Shown piece by piece: positions 1-13,045 of a stretch of 64,000 nt of DNA. How positions within the stretch are numbered: position 1 is the first letter of the stretch; each line of letters starts with the position of its first letter. Source of the stretch: Pecten maximus. Lineage: Eukaryota. Position numbers and translations under genes: made by a program. The DNA lies in contig NC_047024.1 of the NCBI RefSeq assembly GCF_902652985.1, positions 20,522,001 to 20,586,000 of the forward strand, given 5' to 3'. The notes under the pieces were generated by a model. It did no database searches and was not told where the DNA came from. It saw nothing but the letters and a program-made list of their open reading frames with translations.

Positions 1-100
1 AATGAGAAAATGTTTGACTTTCACACGTTCTCTTTAAATATAAGTTATAAATTCAATTAAAGCAACAACCAATCTGAAGTGTTAACAATGTCATCGTAAT

Positions 101-302
101 ATGTATACTATTCGGGATAACTCTAAACCTACATAACCATTTCGCGTGTTCTATTTGTGATACCTCTTAATCTACATAAACACTACATGTACTATTCGGA
201 ATACATCTAAACTTACTTAATTATTACATGTTCTATCCATGCTACCTCTTAATCTATATAAACATTACACGTACCATTCGGATACCTCTTAATTTACATA
301 AA
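101..302. repeat. Degenerate ~41-bp tandem repeat, ~5 copies
   Basis: Recurring tactattcggatacctcttaatctacataaac-like unit. Confidence 0.7.
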
Positions 303-1668
303 TATAGTTGTTATTGTTATGATTAGCGATTGAGATCAAAGACATACCTTTCTCGACGTGGGTGGCAATTAAATGATAAGAATTGAAATACTGATAGATG
401 TTGAAATATGCTTATAAATTGTATATTTAAACTACCACGAAGACTCCACGTGATACATATGGATCTAGGTTTTAAAAATCCGGCATTATCTATGTTTGTT
501 TTTTTAGCACTCCGAACACGTGCAATTGAAACACAATTAGCTACCTTTAGAACACCAACCAGGAGAGGTAGTATCAAATTCCTAAACAGAACGTGCAATG
601 AGTTAATAAAACTACTTCTCAGATAAGAATTAAGATGATCGGGCTGATTGTATTTACTAAAATTTAAAAACAAAATTTTGATTAAGAGCTCAAATAAAAA
701 TATCTTTAACAAACATCATTAAATACCATACATGGGTCAATTTATATAATGTTTCGGTTAAATAAATAACATGAGAGGATAAAAATATCCAATGATAAGT
801 TTATCAAATATATTTCTTTAAACTAACGTATGAATGAATATGAAAGAAAAGTTGTATGTCTGATAAGTCTCCTCTGTGAGGACACCAATTATATGTACTC
901 CATGTTTTTGATCAATAAAATTATTTTGAACATAAAAAAAATGATGAGTTTGAAATAAACGTATTTTATTGGTTTGTTTCAGGAATATGATTTAAGAAAC
1001 AAAGAGATGGAATGAGAGAGCGTGGAAATGGTACATTTTCTTATCGGAAGTTAAATTCCGATATAGGTTACATCAGAAGAACAGATCGGAGTGAAACTTG
1101 GGAAGCAAGGTGGCCATCACACACGTATGTACTCCACAGTACGGAATAGATAGGTAAAAGCCATCTAATGTTACATCTATGATATATATTCTAGTGTTGC
1201 CTGACTGACGTTTGTTAATGTTTGGGTGTTACCCACTTGTAGACGGTATCAATGAATATACCCCATTTCTCTCAAACCGATAACAACTCAATCGTGCATA
1301 AGGTAAGTAGAGATTAAGTCGATATGCAGCAACAGGCCTCAGGCTATTTTTTCTCAGTTCTTAAATAAACATCGTAGCTCTCAACCATGTGCAAAATAAA
1401 CAGGAAGTTATCATATAGATATTATTCCTATCAAATATTGCATCAGTGTTTAAAAAAAATCATTCCAGCCCAGATCCGTAAATGTAAACATATTTATTGT
1501 CATGATTCAGTTGTTGCTTGCTACGTTATCTTAATTAAAGGACTCATTTTAATTTTAGGGATTCATCCAGCTGTCTACAAACTATTAGTTATTTTGTGTT
1601 ATTTGTCGACTCGTCTCGTGTACAGCAACATGTAGTGTTGTGCTCTTTATCAGATTTATGTGGCTCTG

Positions 1669-1735
1669 TAGCCCGAGCTTCATCTGCCCCTGACACCATG
1701 TCTGGTGTTGTCAGGACCAGAGGAAACTCGGGCTA
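1669..1735. mobile_element. Palindromic mini-MITE, copy 1
   Basis: TAGCCCGAG...CTCGGGCTA hairpin; 9-bp TSD gtggctctg/gttgctctg. Confidence 0.8.
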
Positions 1736-3720
1736 GTTGCTCTGCAGCCAAGTGGTTACGTATATGTCGATTAAGAGGCTAAGAATTATCCGGATACGTC
1801 AACCCACAGCAACAAAAAATATACACACGTAGCAGGGAGTCATCCCATAACAACAACCAGCATTAGCGACACTTAACCATAACACAATAGGCCACAGCGT
1901 CAATGTGACATGCCCGACATTGCATTATAGCTTCAAGCAGACATGCACAACCTGAGGAGCCGACACATGGACCGACATGAATTTGGAAGGGAAGGCCAGA
2001 CCAAGGAAACAAAACCGAAGCAAAACAAACAAAAAGGAAAGACAACAGAAATCCTTTATAAAAGACACACATAGACGTAATGTGTATTTGTGATATTTCA
2101 TAGATTTCTGACGTTCAAAAATATGCTTATCATTAATGACTTATCATAGTACACAGCTATATGAGAGTAGACATTTTTACGTTAGGAACTTGGGATTTTC
2201 AGAACGAGATTGTTCTCACAGGTGGGTTAGATGTTGTATATTACAGGCCTACACTTTGCTAATGAAGTGATCTTTCCCCGAGATTAAGGGCGTGTTTTCA
2301 TGTACATTTTTTTCACCCTTTTATGATTAATATGTTTAATCCCTGAATCATCGTGTGAAAAAAGCTTCAAAGATTTTGATATCAACAAGGCCATTTCAAA
2401 CTGTGTATAAATCTCACCCTAATCTACTGTAATTATATCTTTATTTGATTTTATGCTCATTTAGATATTATTTGATATATTCATAACCTACAGCTATTAG
2501 AAGGAATATATATAAGATAAACGTATTAAATGATAAAAATAAACATTAAATGTAAATGACGATTTATCCATTTGATGAAGAGAGGTGTTTTAAAGGTTAA
2601 GTCTGAAGCTAAACTGCGTTTGATGTACCTTATATTAATATATTAATATGTACCGTATATTAATATATATATATATGTGTGTGTGTGTGTGAAATGTCGA
2701 CAAGTCATGTTTCTCAGTAAGTTAGGGGTTTTCACATAGGTAAGTCTTTCCCTGGTTCGATATGAGTGTTTATTTGCATGATTCATTTACAACACATATT
2801 TGCAGAAAATGATACTTTGGTGGTTCGCTTTAAAGAAAAATGCACTGTCGAAAAGCTGGTCTACTCAAACATGAATGTCATATATTTGTCAGACAATAAT
2901 GACTCAATGACTGTTGTAAAATAAACGTTTTCATTGACTTCCGCCCGCACACATTATCATCCCATAAACTCCCGCGAGAACTGGGTCAATTGACTTAAGT
3001 CTACTTGGATAGTAACGTTATTAGGTGTATGTTACGTAATAACTTTGAGAACTGTGGCGTACAGTGAACATTTACGAGATGTTTATATGGGGAAAAGTCT
3101 ACATTTAAACATCTTTGAATGACTTCATAACCGACTTACGGGGTGGGGGAGGGGGGTGGGGGGGTCTTAGAACATGGTTTAGAGGGGTAGAGGGGGAGGG
3201 GGAGGTATAAGAACATGGTTTATAGACAGTGTCGTGGTAACTTATATCCTTGACTCCAAATTACTCTAACATAACTAAGCCAATCTCATGGCGCACTCAT
3301 TGTTTATTTCTCTAATTGAATTCATTAGTGACATTTTCATATAAAATGGCAATGTTCATATATTACATGCTTACAAAGATCTATCTTTAATCCGATCAAG
3401 ATTGGTTTATTTGTTGGTTAAAAATATATATAAAAAAAAAATACATTCATCTTTTTAAAACATTAGCGAAACAAGCTATGTCAAGTTATCTTAATTGGTT
3501 GAACCGGATGGAAGCGCGCGAGGGGTTTAACTGTGGCAGGAAACATTGCCCGTGTGGTATGGTAGGTGACCTCATACCTTTTCACGTCTGGTTGGGGAAC
3601 CGAACCTCTCAGTCACGTTGTTGTTTACAGAACCATATCACATCAATGCAATTATGTTATTCTAGCACGACACACTAAAGTGTTGTTCTGGAACACTTTC
3701 TTCAGGTTGGTTAAGTAAAT

Positions 3721-3789
3721 ATGACAGAAGTTATATGACACAACCATTATGATATCAATATATTGGTTGTGTCATATAACTTCTATCAT
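3721..3789. repeat. Short inverted repeat/hairpin with ~26-bp arms
   Basis: atgacagaagttatatgacacaacca / tggttgtgtcatataacttctatcat. Confidence 0.75.
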
Positions 3790-5091
3790 ACTTAAGTGTT
3801 TTATTGTGGGTGTTTATTTATTTTGTTTTATTACTTTCCATTTGTTTATTTATTGTTGTAATTTATATAACTGATATTCTAGAACTATCTGCAATGTATT
3901 GATATTTCGTATACATGGAATTGTGAATTGCATTGTGAAGGAAGATTAATAGAAAGGCATATATCTTTTTTAGTTCAATAGTGTCTCGACTGTACCAACG
4001 CTTGTAATCATTGTGGAATGTCCAGAATTGCACAAATCCAAGCAATGCTGATATTTCCAGCAAGTTCCCTCACAAACAGATTTAGTGGTTAATCCCCCTT
4101 CAAGCCAGGTAAGCGTTTTCTCATGGTTATTTAAAGTCCAGCTGGAATGTCTTTACACGACTAGACTCATCTGCAAGACTATTAAAGAAACTCAGTCGTA
4201 AATTTGTTTTCTTATTTGGCTTGTCACTACAATACATGGTAAAGTATTAAGCTTTACAAACAAAATCTACAAATGATTAATAAAATAAAACAAACATTGA
4301 ATCATGTTGCTCCACAGATACATACGTAAATGGGTTGTCCTGGACGTCTAAGGTCAGTTTAAACTTGATTGGTATTGTCAACACTATAAATTTTTCACAT
4401 AGCAAAATTTGCCTCGCTCAGTAACAACGCAGTATTTTGATCTTCGAAGCGTACAAGTCGTAAATTATCCGCTAATTATAAAACGTAGTGTCCTGATCTA
4501 AATATATGCGTAATATTTTAACTAAAGTTAATCAAGTAGCAAAGACCTGTGATACTTTTGTGTTACCGGTTAAGTCTGATATGTGTGCATAAATTTTTGG
4601 TCCGTTGTGATATATTGACGTGTTGAAGGTACTTTTTTTTTTCTTTTTTGTTAAAGCACATTTTCTAATTCTGAAATTATAACATGCACAACAGGTATAC
4701 ATGTTTAATTATCTCTAAGTAACAATATGCGAATACATTTCATGTGTTTTTGAAATTGAAATTCACAAAAACAAATACCTGGTGAATATTATTATCTTGT
4801 ATGATGCATTATCGCCCTCTGATAAAAATGTACACGAGCTGAGATCCTACGTTAAAATGGTGATAAAAGTTATTTTTGTAGTATATGATGAGAATGTTGA
4901 TTACATTTAAAAGCAACAACGTCTAATATTAATTGCCAATTCGCCAAAAATATGTGCAACGTAGTACGCTTTTGAGAATAGAATCAAAACCCCAGTGTCG
5001 CAGCGGTGCAAAAGTCATTTTGATTTACAAATATCTTATCATTTGCCAACAATATCCGAAGTATGCTGTAAAATTCTTTCGGATTTATTAA

Positions 5092-5521
5092 AGCGACTAT
5101 AACTGTAGATTTCACACTTATTTAACGGTAATTTCTTTTTTATAAATAGTGAAATAGATTTAACATAAGCTATAGCGATACACGAGTCTAAACCTCAAAC
5201 GCTGGTCCATAAATATATTTTTGCATGTTTTAAAAATCTGTTTACCTCTGTTGATATTTGTAAACAATGCTGCACGGAGAAACCCGAATGGAGTCACGTG
5301 GGTACGAGTGACGTCATTTCTGTTTACGAGCAGTAGCACATGCATTATTTTTGTTTTGCACTGATTTTTAAAAGCATATTTTATAAAACTTTACAAAGCA
5401 TGATTGCGAACACTTTTAATTTACGTAATTAATAGAAAGTCTTAGTTTGATATATTTCAATATATATATATATCACTCCCGATAATGTTTCCCAGCCCTT
5501 ATCTTTACAGTTATAGTCGCT
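5092..5521. mobile_element. TTAA-flanked MITE (Kolobok/piggyBac-type)
   Basis: TTAA|agcgactataactgta ... tacagttatagtcgct|TTAA. Confidence 0.8.
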
Positions 5522-7091
5522 TTAAATGATTCTTTGATGAATCAAAGATAAAATCAATTCATATTGTAGATACATTTCAAACACCCGCCCTCTAACCATT
5601 GTCTTTATACAACCTTATCGATATAGTTTTTGGTTTGTTTGTTTGTTCTTTAGTCTTGAAAAGGCACAATAATTGTCTTGCGTACATTCATTTATTTTTT
5701 TACATTTCATAAAAATATTTCAAAACGTCATTTGTATTATTTTTCTATATAACTTCCGCATAGGACGTTAAACTGCCCTAGAGAGACCCGAGAGAGCTGG
5801 GTTTGTATCAGAAACTGACCACTAAGCATCTTGACCCTCATTGGTTTGTATAAACAACCTTAACATATTGGCTGTAGAGTTAAGTGGTTGTTATTTTTGG
5901 CATCTTACAGTAGTGGTTTACGTTTAAACGTTAATCGTTTCTACGTACATTTCTACATGAGTCAGACATGGACGGTAGTATTGTTATATTTAAGATTATA
6001 AATAAACTATACTTCACAATCATAATATTCATCCTCTTCCTTCTAAGAACTTACCAAGTGTCAAACCAACCCACCCACCCCCACCCCCACCCCCTCCCTT
6101 TCAATGAACAGTCGATATCCCTTTACCATAATACCCCATAAATACAAAAAAAAAGTTATTTTGAACACATATGATACATCTGATGGACGTGCAATAGCCG
6201 CCTTTCTCGATTTAACAGAGAACTGCGGCCTACATGTCTCTTAGGTATGCCTGCAGTCCTATTTCTACAAAGCCAGTTTGGATTATATTTTCCCTGCCAA
6301 AACCTTGGCATGAACCCGTCAAGTTTCGTTATGGTACATCAATGTCTGTTACTACAATAACAGTCTAGTCAAATAGACCCGAACCCGCCAATTGTATTTT
6401 GATAGCTCTGAAAATTTCTGCGTTCGTCTTGGATCATGTCCGCTTGCTTGAAGCTATCTCATATGGTGGGTATTTTGGATCACAATTCTAACGACTGTTT
6501 ACAGCCATTTGATGTGAGCGTATTTTGGGTCAAAATTGTGAGTAGGTAATATTTTACATAAATCAACCCGAACAAGTTAAAACGTTTAGATAATAAAACA
6601 TAAAAGTTAGCACGCAGAACTGTGAATCAAAATACCCTCCGCGTGGATGTCATAAAGTGCACTGAGCTTCTAAAGAGATTGTGTGGTCACATTTATAAGT
6701 ACCTATTTTCCCTGGTAAGTACCTGTAATTTTTACAAGTAAAGCACTCGTCTGTGATTGAAACTAATAATATAAAAGCAATTCCGAAAGTACACACGAAA
6801 CTTGATACTGTTATAAGAAGTTTTAGAATATAGATTTTGTAAACATTTTAACAGATACTCAAGTCCAATAATCCATTTTATGCAATAACCTTAAATTACA
6901 AAGGCACGTATGTTTCATTTTAATAGACATACTATTGCAGTTATCAAATTCAGGTTGATGAAAATATCTTATTCCTTGGTCGATTACCAAACGTTATTAA
7001 AATGAAAAAGGAACATCTGATTTGCTGGTTTGAATTTTAAGAACATGTTATAAATGCCGTACAGTTGAGTTCAGGCTCATCATAACACCAG

Positions 7092-7334
7092 GGCCCAGTT
7101 GTTCAAAAGGTGATTAGGTTAATAACATTTGAACAACATTTTTCAAATCCTGATATACAGGTGATAATTTATGATAGAACTTACTTAACAAAACTTTATT
7201 AAACTATGAAATTCTTAATTCACTTCCAACTGGCATAATCTAAAGATGATATACTCACAGGTTTTGCAACAAATGAGAAATGGGATATTCACTAATCAAG
7301 TGATTAAGCTAATCACCTTTTGAACAACTGGGTC
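7092..7334. mobile_element. PIF/Harbinger-type MITE, copy 1
   Basis: TIR ggcccagttgttcaaaaggtgatta, 3-bp TSD CAG; homologous copy at 62691-62916. Confidence 0.85.
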
Positions 7335-8614
7335 CAGATTCACTACTGGTGCACAAAGTTGGTGCTACAGGTGGACAAGAAGTGGACATAGCTCTACCTA
7401 AACATGTATGACCATGAAAGCCTCCACGTGTATTGAGTCCCTGTCTACCAACTGTAGTATGCCTTACCTCCAAGTACATAATCTTACTTCTTAAGCATTC
7501 TAAATGAAAATTCATTGTTATATGCTAAGAAGATGTAATTTTGTAGTAGGGCTGAGCAGTGCAATGCCATGGCTATGTTTCAAAGCAGGCGAAGATAAGC
7601 TAGTATTGTACATGTAATTCATGTGGACAATTCTTTACTGTAAATTGAAACCCCAGTGCTTACGATCAGTGTTGTATTTTTTAAAGACATATTATTTTGT
7701 TGTAGATAGGAGTAATGAAGATATCCTGTCTCAGTCTAATGGTAAGAAAGGAACTACAGTGTAGTAGAATGCATAAGGTCTAGTACCAAGCCAAGTAATG
7801 AGAAGGGGAAAGGAAACATATTCTGTTCAAGTTTTGGCCCGAACATCCTTATATTTATCTAAAGGGAAATTCATATCATCCTGAACCAGTAAGGTGAACT
7901 TATACTCCTCTCCATTTTTTTCAATTTCAATCAGATTGAACTTGCACGTAACGCGCAGAACGTATCATGACATGGAGCACCTAGCTTCACCGCACGTGCC
8001 AAGGTACTTGTTGTTGATATGTATTGGCCGTGTTGATGCACGTGGAGAGGAGATAGTATCGATATCTATGTTCGTGTGTGAACTAGTTTTCACTGACTGC
8101 ATTAGTTTGTTTTTATGGCAGGCAAGCCCTGACTACGTATATAACTCTGTTACTATTGATTGAAAAAATATTCTAATGCTTAAGAACAGCGCATATGACG
8201 TATTAGACACTGATTTCAACTAGCAATAAGTCGAGGGTATAGTGGTTTAAACAGTTAATTCTACATTTATCTGAAGTGATGGATTTTACCGTTGAAGTGC
8301 TTTCTGTATCCAATTATGATTTATTCGGTACACTAAATGGTAATGAAGCGAATCAAGCGCTCTACACATGCAATACATGGAAATGGTACAGAAGTGTGAT
8401 GATATTTAGTTCCTTCATTAACCCTAGTCTATTTCTGTGTAAACGGGGTCATCGAACACATTCCAAAACACTTAGTCATTCCAGTTTTTCTTTAGAACAT
8501 AAAAATACTCAACACTAATTGTAAAGGAATAGGTATGCAATAAATGACATTTAATAAGGAACTTAAAACAACGTAGATTACTGGGATGAATACATTTCAT
8601 ATGTGATTAACATC

Positions 8615-9370
8615 GTAATATTCAATGTCTGACTGCCGATAACATTCAATGTCTGTCAACTGATAATATTCAATGTCTGTCAACTGATGACATTCAATGT
8701 CTGTCAACTGATAATATTCAATGTATGTCAACTGATAATATTCAATGTCTGTCAACTGATAATATTCAATGTCTGTCAACTGATAATATTCAATTTCTGT
8801 CAACTGATAATATTCAATTTCTGTCAACTGATAATATTCAATGTCTGTCAACTGATAATATTCAATGTCTGTCTACTGATAATATCCAATGTCTGTCTAC
8901 TGATAATATTCAATGTCTGTCAACTGATAATATTCAATTTCTGTCAACTGATAATATTCAATGTCTGTCTACTGAAAATATCCAATGCCTGTCAACTGAT
9001 AAATATTCAATGTCTGTCACCTGATGATATTCAGTGTCTGTCACCTGATGATATTCAGTGTCTGTCAACTGAAAATATTCAATGTCTGTCAACTGAAAAT
9101 ATTCAATGTCTGTCTACTTATAATATTCAATGTCTGTCTACTGATAATATTAAATGTCTGTCAACTGATGATATTCAATGTCTGTCAACTGATAATATTC
9201 AATGTCTGTCAACTGATAATATTCAATGTCTGTCAACTGATGATATTCAATGTCTGTCAACTGATGATATTCAGTGTCTGTCTACTGATAATATTCAATG
9301 CCTGTCAACTGATAATATTCAATGTCTGTCAACTGATGATATTCAATGTCTGTCAACTGATAAATATCCA
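8615..9370. repeat. 24-bp minisatellite (tgataatattcaatgtctgtcaac), ~31 copies
   Basis: Direct tandem periodicity. Confidence 0.95.
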
Positions 9371-11462
9371 TGATCACTTTGACGACTTTAAGTTTGTTCA
9401 TACAAATCAGGTTAAACATCCATTGCCGGTTTTACAGTGAATACATACATTGAAATTATTATTTCATAAACTCATAACGCAATAAAAATTATAGGAATTA
9501 TCACTAGGGTTCCTATAGTCATATTACGAAGTTGAGATGAAACATGTCCTGAATAGATCGTACTTGAGCGGGCGAAGTTGAAGCCTGGTTTTTATAGGTT
9601 AATTTATGATTCCATAACTTAAGATCTTCGGGAAAACATGTTGATTATTAGAAATTCTAACATTTATTTAAAGAGGTGCAGATGTACTTTTATAACCGAC
9701 ACAAATTCATCAACAAAGACTCAGTTATAGAAAAACGAGAATATTGAATGAGAGAATCCTTTGTGTCTTGAAGTTGCTCCATTAAGAAGAGGGGAGGGTG
9801 AAACAAAATTATATAAGATTATCGTGCACCTAAAACACTACAAGTTTTATAACAGCTTCTTATTGCATTCCCGAAACGCATGAAGACAACTAATATTAAT
9901 TCGCATGTGTTTCACTGAATAAGATTTTGTGCATTCATGCTATACCTAGTTTATATTTCTTCTCAATATTGGCAATATGTACCACGATAACTTATCTTCC
10001 CAAAAGATATTTATCTATAACGCATGTTGTAAAGAAAAATGAAATAAAGATCCATTTTAGCCGGGTGAGAGAATATTTCTATCATTTATGTGTGTTTAAG
10101 ACGTATATTGTATTTGATGCCAATGATACTATGATAAATGAAATGTGTTTATTTGATTTGATACTCCTGAACAGTATGGACACAAATTTCAATAACAGCA
10201 GTGAAGTCTTTATTCAAAAATATTAACGAACGGGCTATCTTGTCTATCAACAAGCAAAATTATTGAAAACCATCTTTCGAAAAGGATATTATAATCGAGC
10301 GCATGTTATATGCACATACAAATCTAAAAATAAATTCATTAAGGTTTTTTTACGAGAACACTTGCGCTATATTCGAATATGACGATCAGTGAGACGACAT
10401 TATAAAATGGCGCTTTCAGAAGCCGCGCATCATCTGTAGACACCATTGTCATTATTATGACGTTAAAAGTTGATCGAGATGACGTCACAAGGTGACACTA
10501 CCATCTAAGGACATCGTCTACATATGATATAAACAAACTGCCGTCTATAGTTCCATTGTAACTGCCATTGTTCTCACTTCGTGAACGTGACATTGTGTAT
10601 ATTTAACCTAGATTAACATGGCTAGTGATGTCATGGCACGGTAAACCTTCCGAACATATGTTCTTATTCTATAAATATATATTTTGGTCACATGTAGCGC
10701 ACGTAATATCAGTTTTTAGTTCAAAGTTCTTTTGCGTGTCCGTATGTTTTTGTTTATTTTCGTAAGTAATACTGAACAATTATCCGATTTAGAATACCTG
10801 GTAATTGTTTTGATCATTTATCTTTTGATTTTGACTATTTCGAATTTCCACAAAAATGTATCCATTGTGGCACAATTTTGATGATATGCATTATGTGGTT
10901 ATGAGTTGCACCGTATGAATAACGGACATCTGTTGTTTTTAATATCACCCATTAGGCGCAACTTTGACATTGTGGATTCGGTGAAACCTAGTTCGTAATA
11001 TCAAGTCAAATGTCGAGATGAGTTATATATGAAATACCGAAAAAAAACTAATTAGGGCATTTTGAAATCATCCCTGTCGGACTGGAACGTGCCATCTGGT
11101 ACAGGGGGCAATCCATACCATACATACTGTCGGAGTTCGTTGATATAATGACGTTTACCTCTGGATTGTTATAAATTCATCACGTGCCAACAAATAACTT
11201 CTGATGATATAACGATTTGATATAAATATGGCATTTCATCAATGCTCTCAAAATCTTTCATCGAAATCCCTGAGTAAAATGCAAAATGGCATGCTGGCTC
11301 CGTTAATCATAGTGCATTTATCAATATGAAAATGGCAATTCGTTGAATGTTATCGAACTGTATTCACCTGGGTAAGAAAAAAACATGAAGATTTGCAACT
11401 GTCTGTTCTCTTCAAAACAGACATTAAAATATTTTATTTCAAAGCAATGCATGTGATACTCG

Positions 11463-12175
11463 CATCCTCGATACTCAAGGGGTTACAATCACATTTGCTC
11501 TGCCTAGAGAGCAAAAGGGAGCAAAAGCCCTGTAGTATCGAGGATGAGCGAAAGTGAACTTTGCCCCTTTGGTATCGAGGATAAGCGATAGGGAACGTTG
11601 CCCCTGTAGTATCGAGGATGGGTGAAAGTGAACGTTGCCCCTTTGGTATCGAGGATGGGTGAAAGTGAACGTTGCCCCTGTAGTATCGAGAATGAGTGAA
11701 AGTGAACGTTGCCCCTTTGGTATCGAGGATAAGCGAAAGGGAACGTTGCCCCTGTAGTATCGAGGATGAGTGAAAGTGAACGTTGCCCCTTTGGTATCGA
11801 GGATGGGTGAAAGTGAACGTTGCCCCTGTAGTATCGAGGATGAGTGAAAGTGAACGTTGCCCCTTTGGTATCGAGGATAAGCGAAAGGGAACGTTGCCCC
11901 TGTAGTATCGAGGATGGGTGAAAGTGAACGTTGCCCCTTTGGTATCGAGGATAAGCGAAAGGGAACGTTGCCCCTGTAGTATCGAGGATGGGTGAAAGTG
12001 AACGTTGCCCCTTTGGTATCGAGGATAAGCGAAAGGGAACGTTGCCCCTGTAGTATCGAGGATGGGTGAAAGTGAACGTTGCCCCTTTGGTATCGAGGAT
12101 AAGCGAAAGTGAACGTTGCCCCTGTAGTATCGAGGATGAGTGAAAGTGAACGTTTGCCCTATAGTACTGAGGATG
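11463..12175. mobile_element. TIR element with 10-bp TSD whose right end is amplified as a 37-bp (74-bp dimer) tandem array
   Basis: Left catcctcgatact is the reverse complement of agtatcgaggatg in the array; TSD gtgatactcg/gtaatactcg; ~17 units. Confidence 0.8.
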
Positions 12176-12924
12176 GTAATACTCGTTGCCCTCCTTTGAT
12201 TAACACAACGTTCGTCTGTTAGAGTATTTCAAAACTACTTGACGTGATGATGTCAATATGTCTATTTAGCTAATCAGGTCCGTATCCCCTACTTGTAAAT
12301 ACACGATGTGGACACGTGTTCGTCGTTTGCTAAGTTTACACTCCTCATTCCGTGACTTGGATAGTAATGTTTGTTGTTCCCGTGGCCTTGTGTTGTTGTA
12401 GTGTAGCCTTATTGACATTTAATGAGGTGGTCATGACTTGTACTCCACGTTTCATCTGTGTTATTAACCTGAAAGCTTCAGTCCACCATTTTGGGCTATT
12501 TCTACCACGTTTGATTTAGATTCATTTTGTTTACGTTGAATTTTTGTCCCAATTCCAAAATATTAGATATCAAGATTATTTTTGCACGCAGTTATACTCT
12601 GTGCGAATTACAGGTCATGTGTGTTCGTAATCCATTCATAAAAAAACACGTCTATGAAATCCAAATATTTATACAATATTTTTTTACAAACTATTTTGAA
12701 GTCAGTGAGTACTGATTATTGAGTGTTCTAAGTTTACTATCCTGGTTGGTTTCTCATAGACAGCGCTATGCTGTATTTTTGTACTTTACATTCTTTTTTG
12801 TATAAAAAAAATCTAATTATATCTATAGCTCGAGGTTTCCTTGATATGGTTAGACCGTTATGAAAAAATACACTTGGCACCAATTCATACTAATCTACGG
12901 AAAGAGGCAATGAATGCGGAATAA

Positions 12925-13045
12925 AACAAATTAACCCGCAGAAACCCCACGTGTTTGGGCAGGTAACCCTATTCCTTTTCGTGCCCAAACAGGGAATCGT
13001 ATCCCGGCTGTTTGTTGAAAGCCGAGTACACTATCCACTGAGCCC
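12925..13045 (-). mobile_element. Degenerate tRNA-derived SINE fragment
   Basis: Minus strand reads gggctcagtggatagtg...ggatacgattccc (A/B-box-like); related fragment near 3540-3610. Confidence 0.45.

Noticed and set aside
508-1030. Possible small plus-strand exons (LRTRAIETQLATFRTPTRR, then acceptor near 983)
   Set aside because: Plausible splice signals but no homology; cannot be supported from sequence alone
7706-8003. Two exon-like segments with AG/GT boundaries on the plus strand
   Set aside because: No coherent reading frame or known product; could be chance or lncRNA
8597-9440. ORFs with IIFNVCQL / QCLSTDNI repeats
   Set aside because: Translations of a 24-bp minisatellite
11527-12175. 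37-bp repeats resembling a CRISPR array
   Set aside because: No unique spacers, eukaryotic context, no cas genes; the same applies to the other arrays
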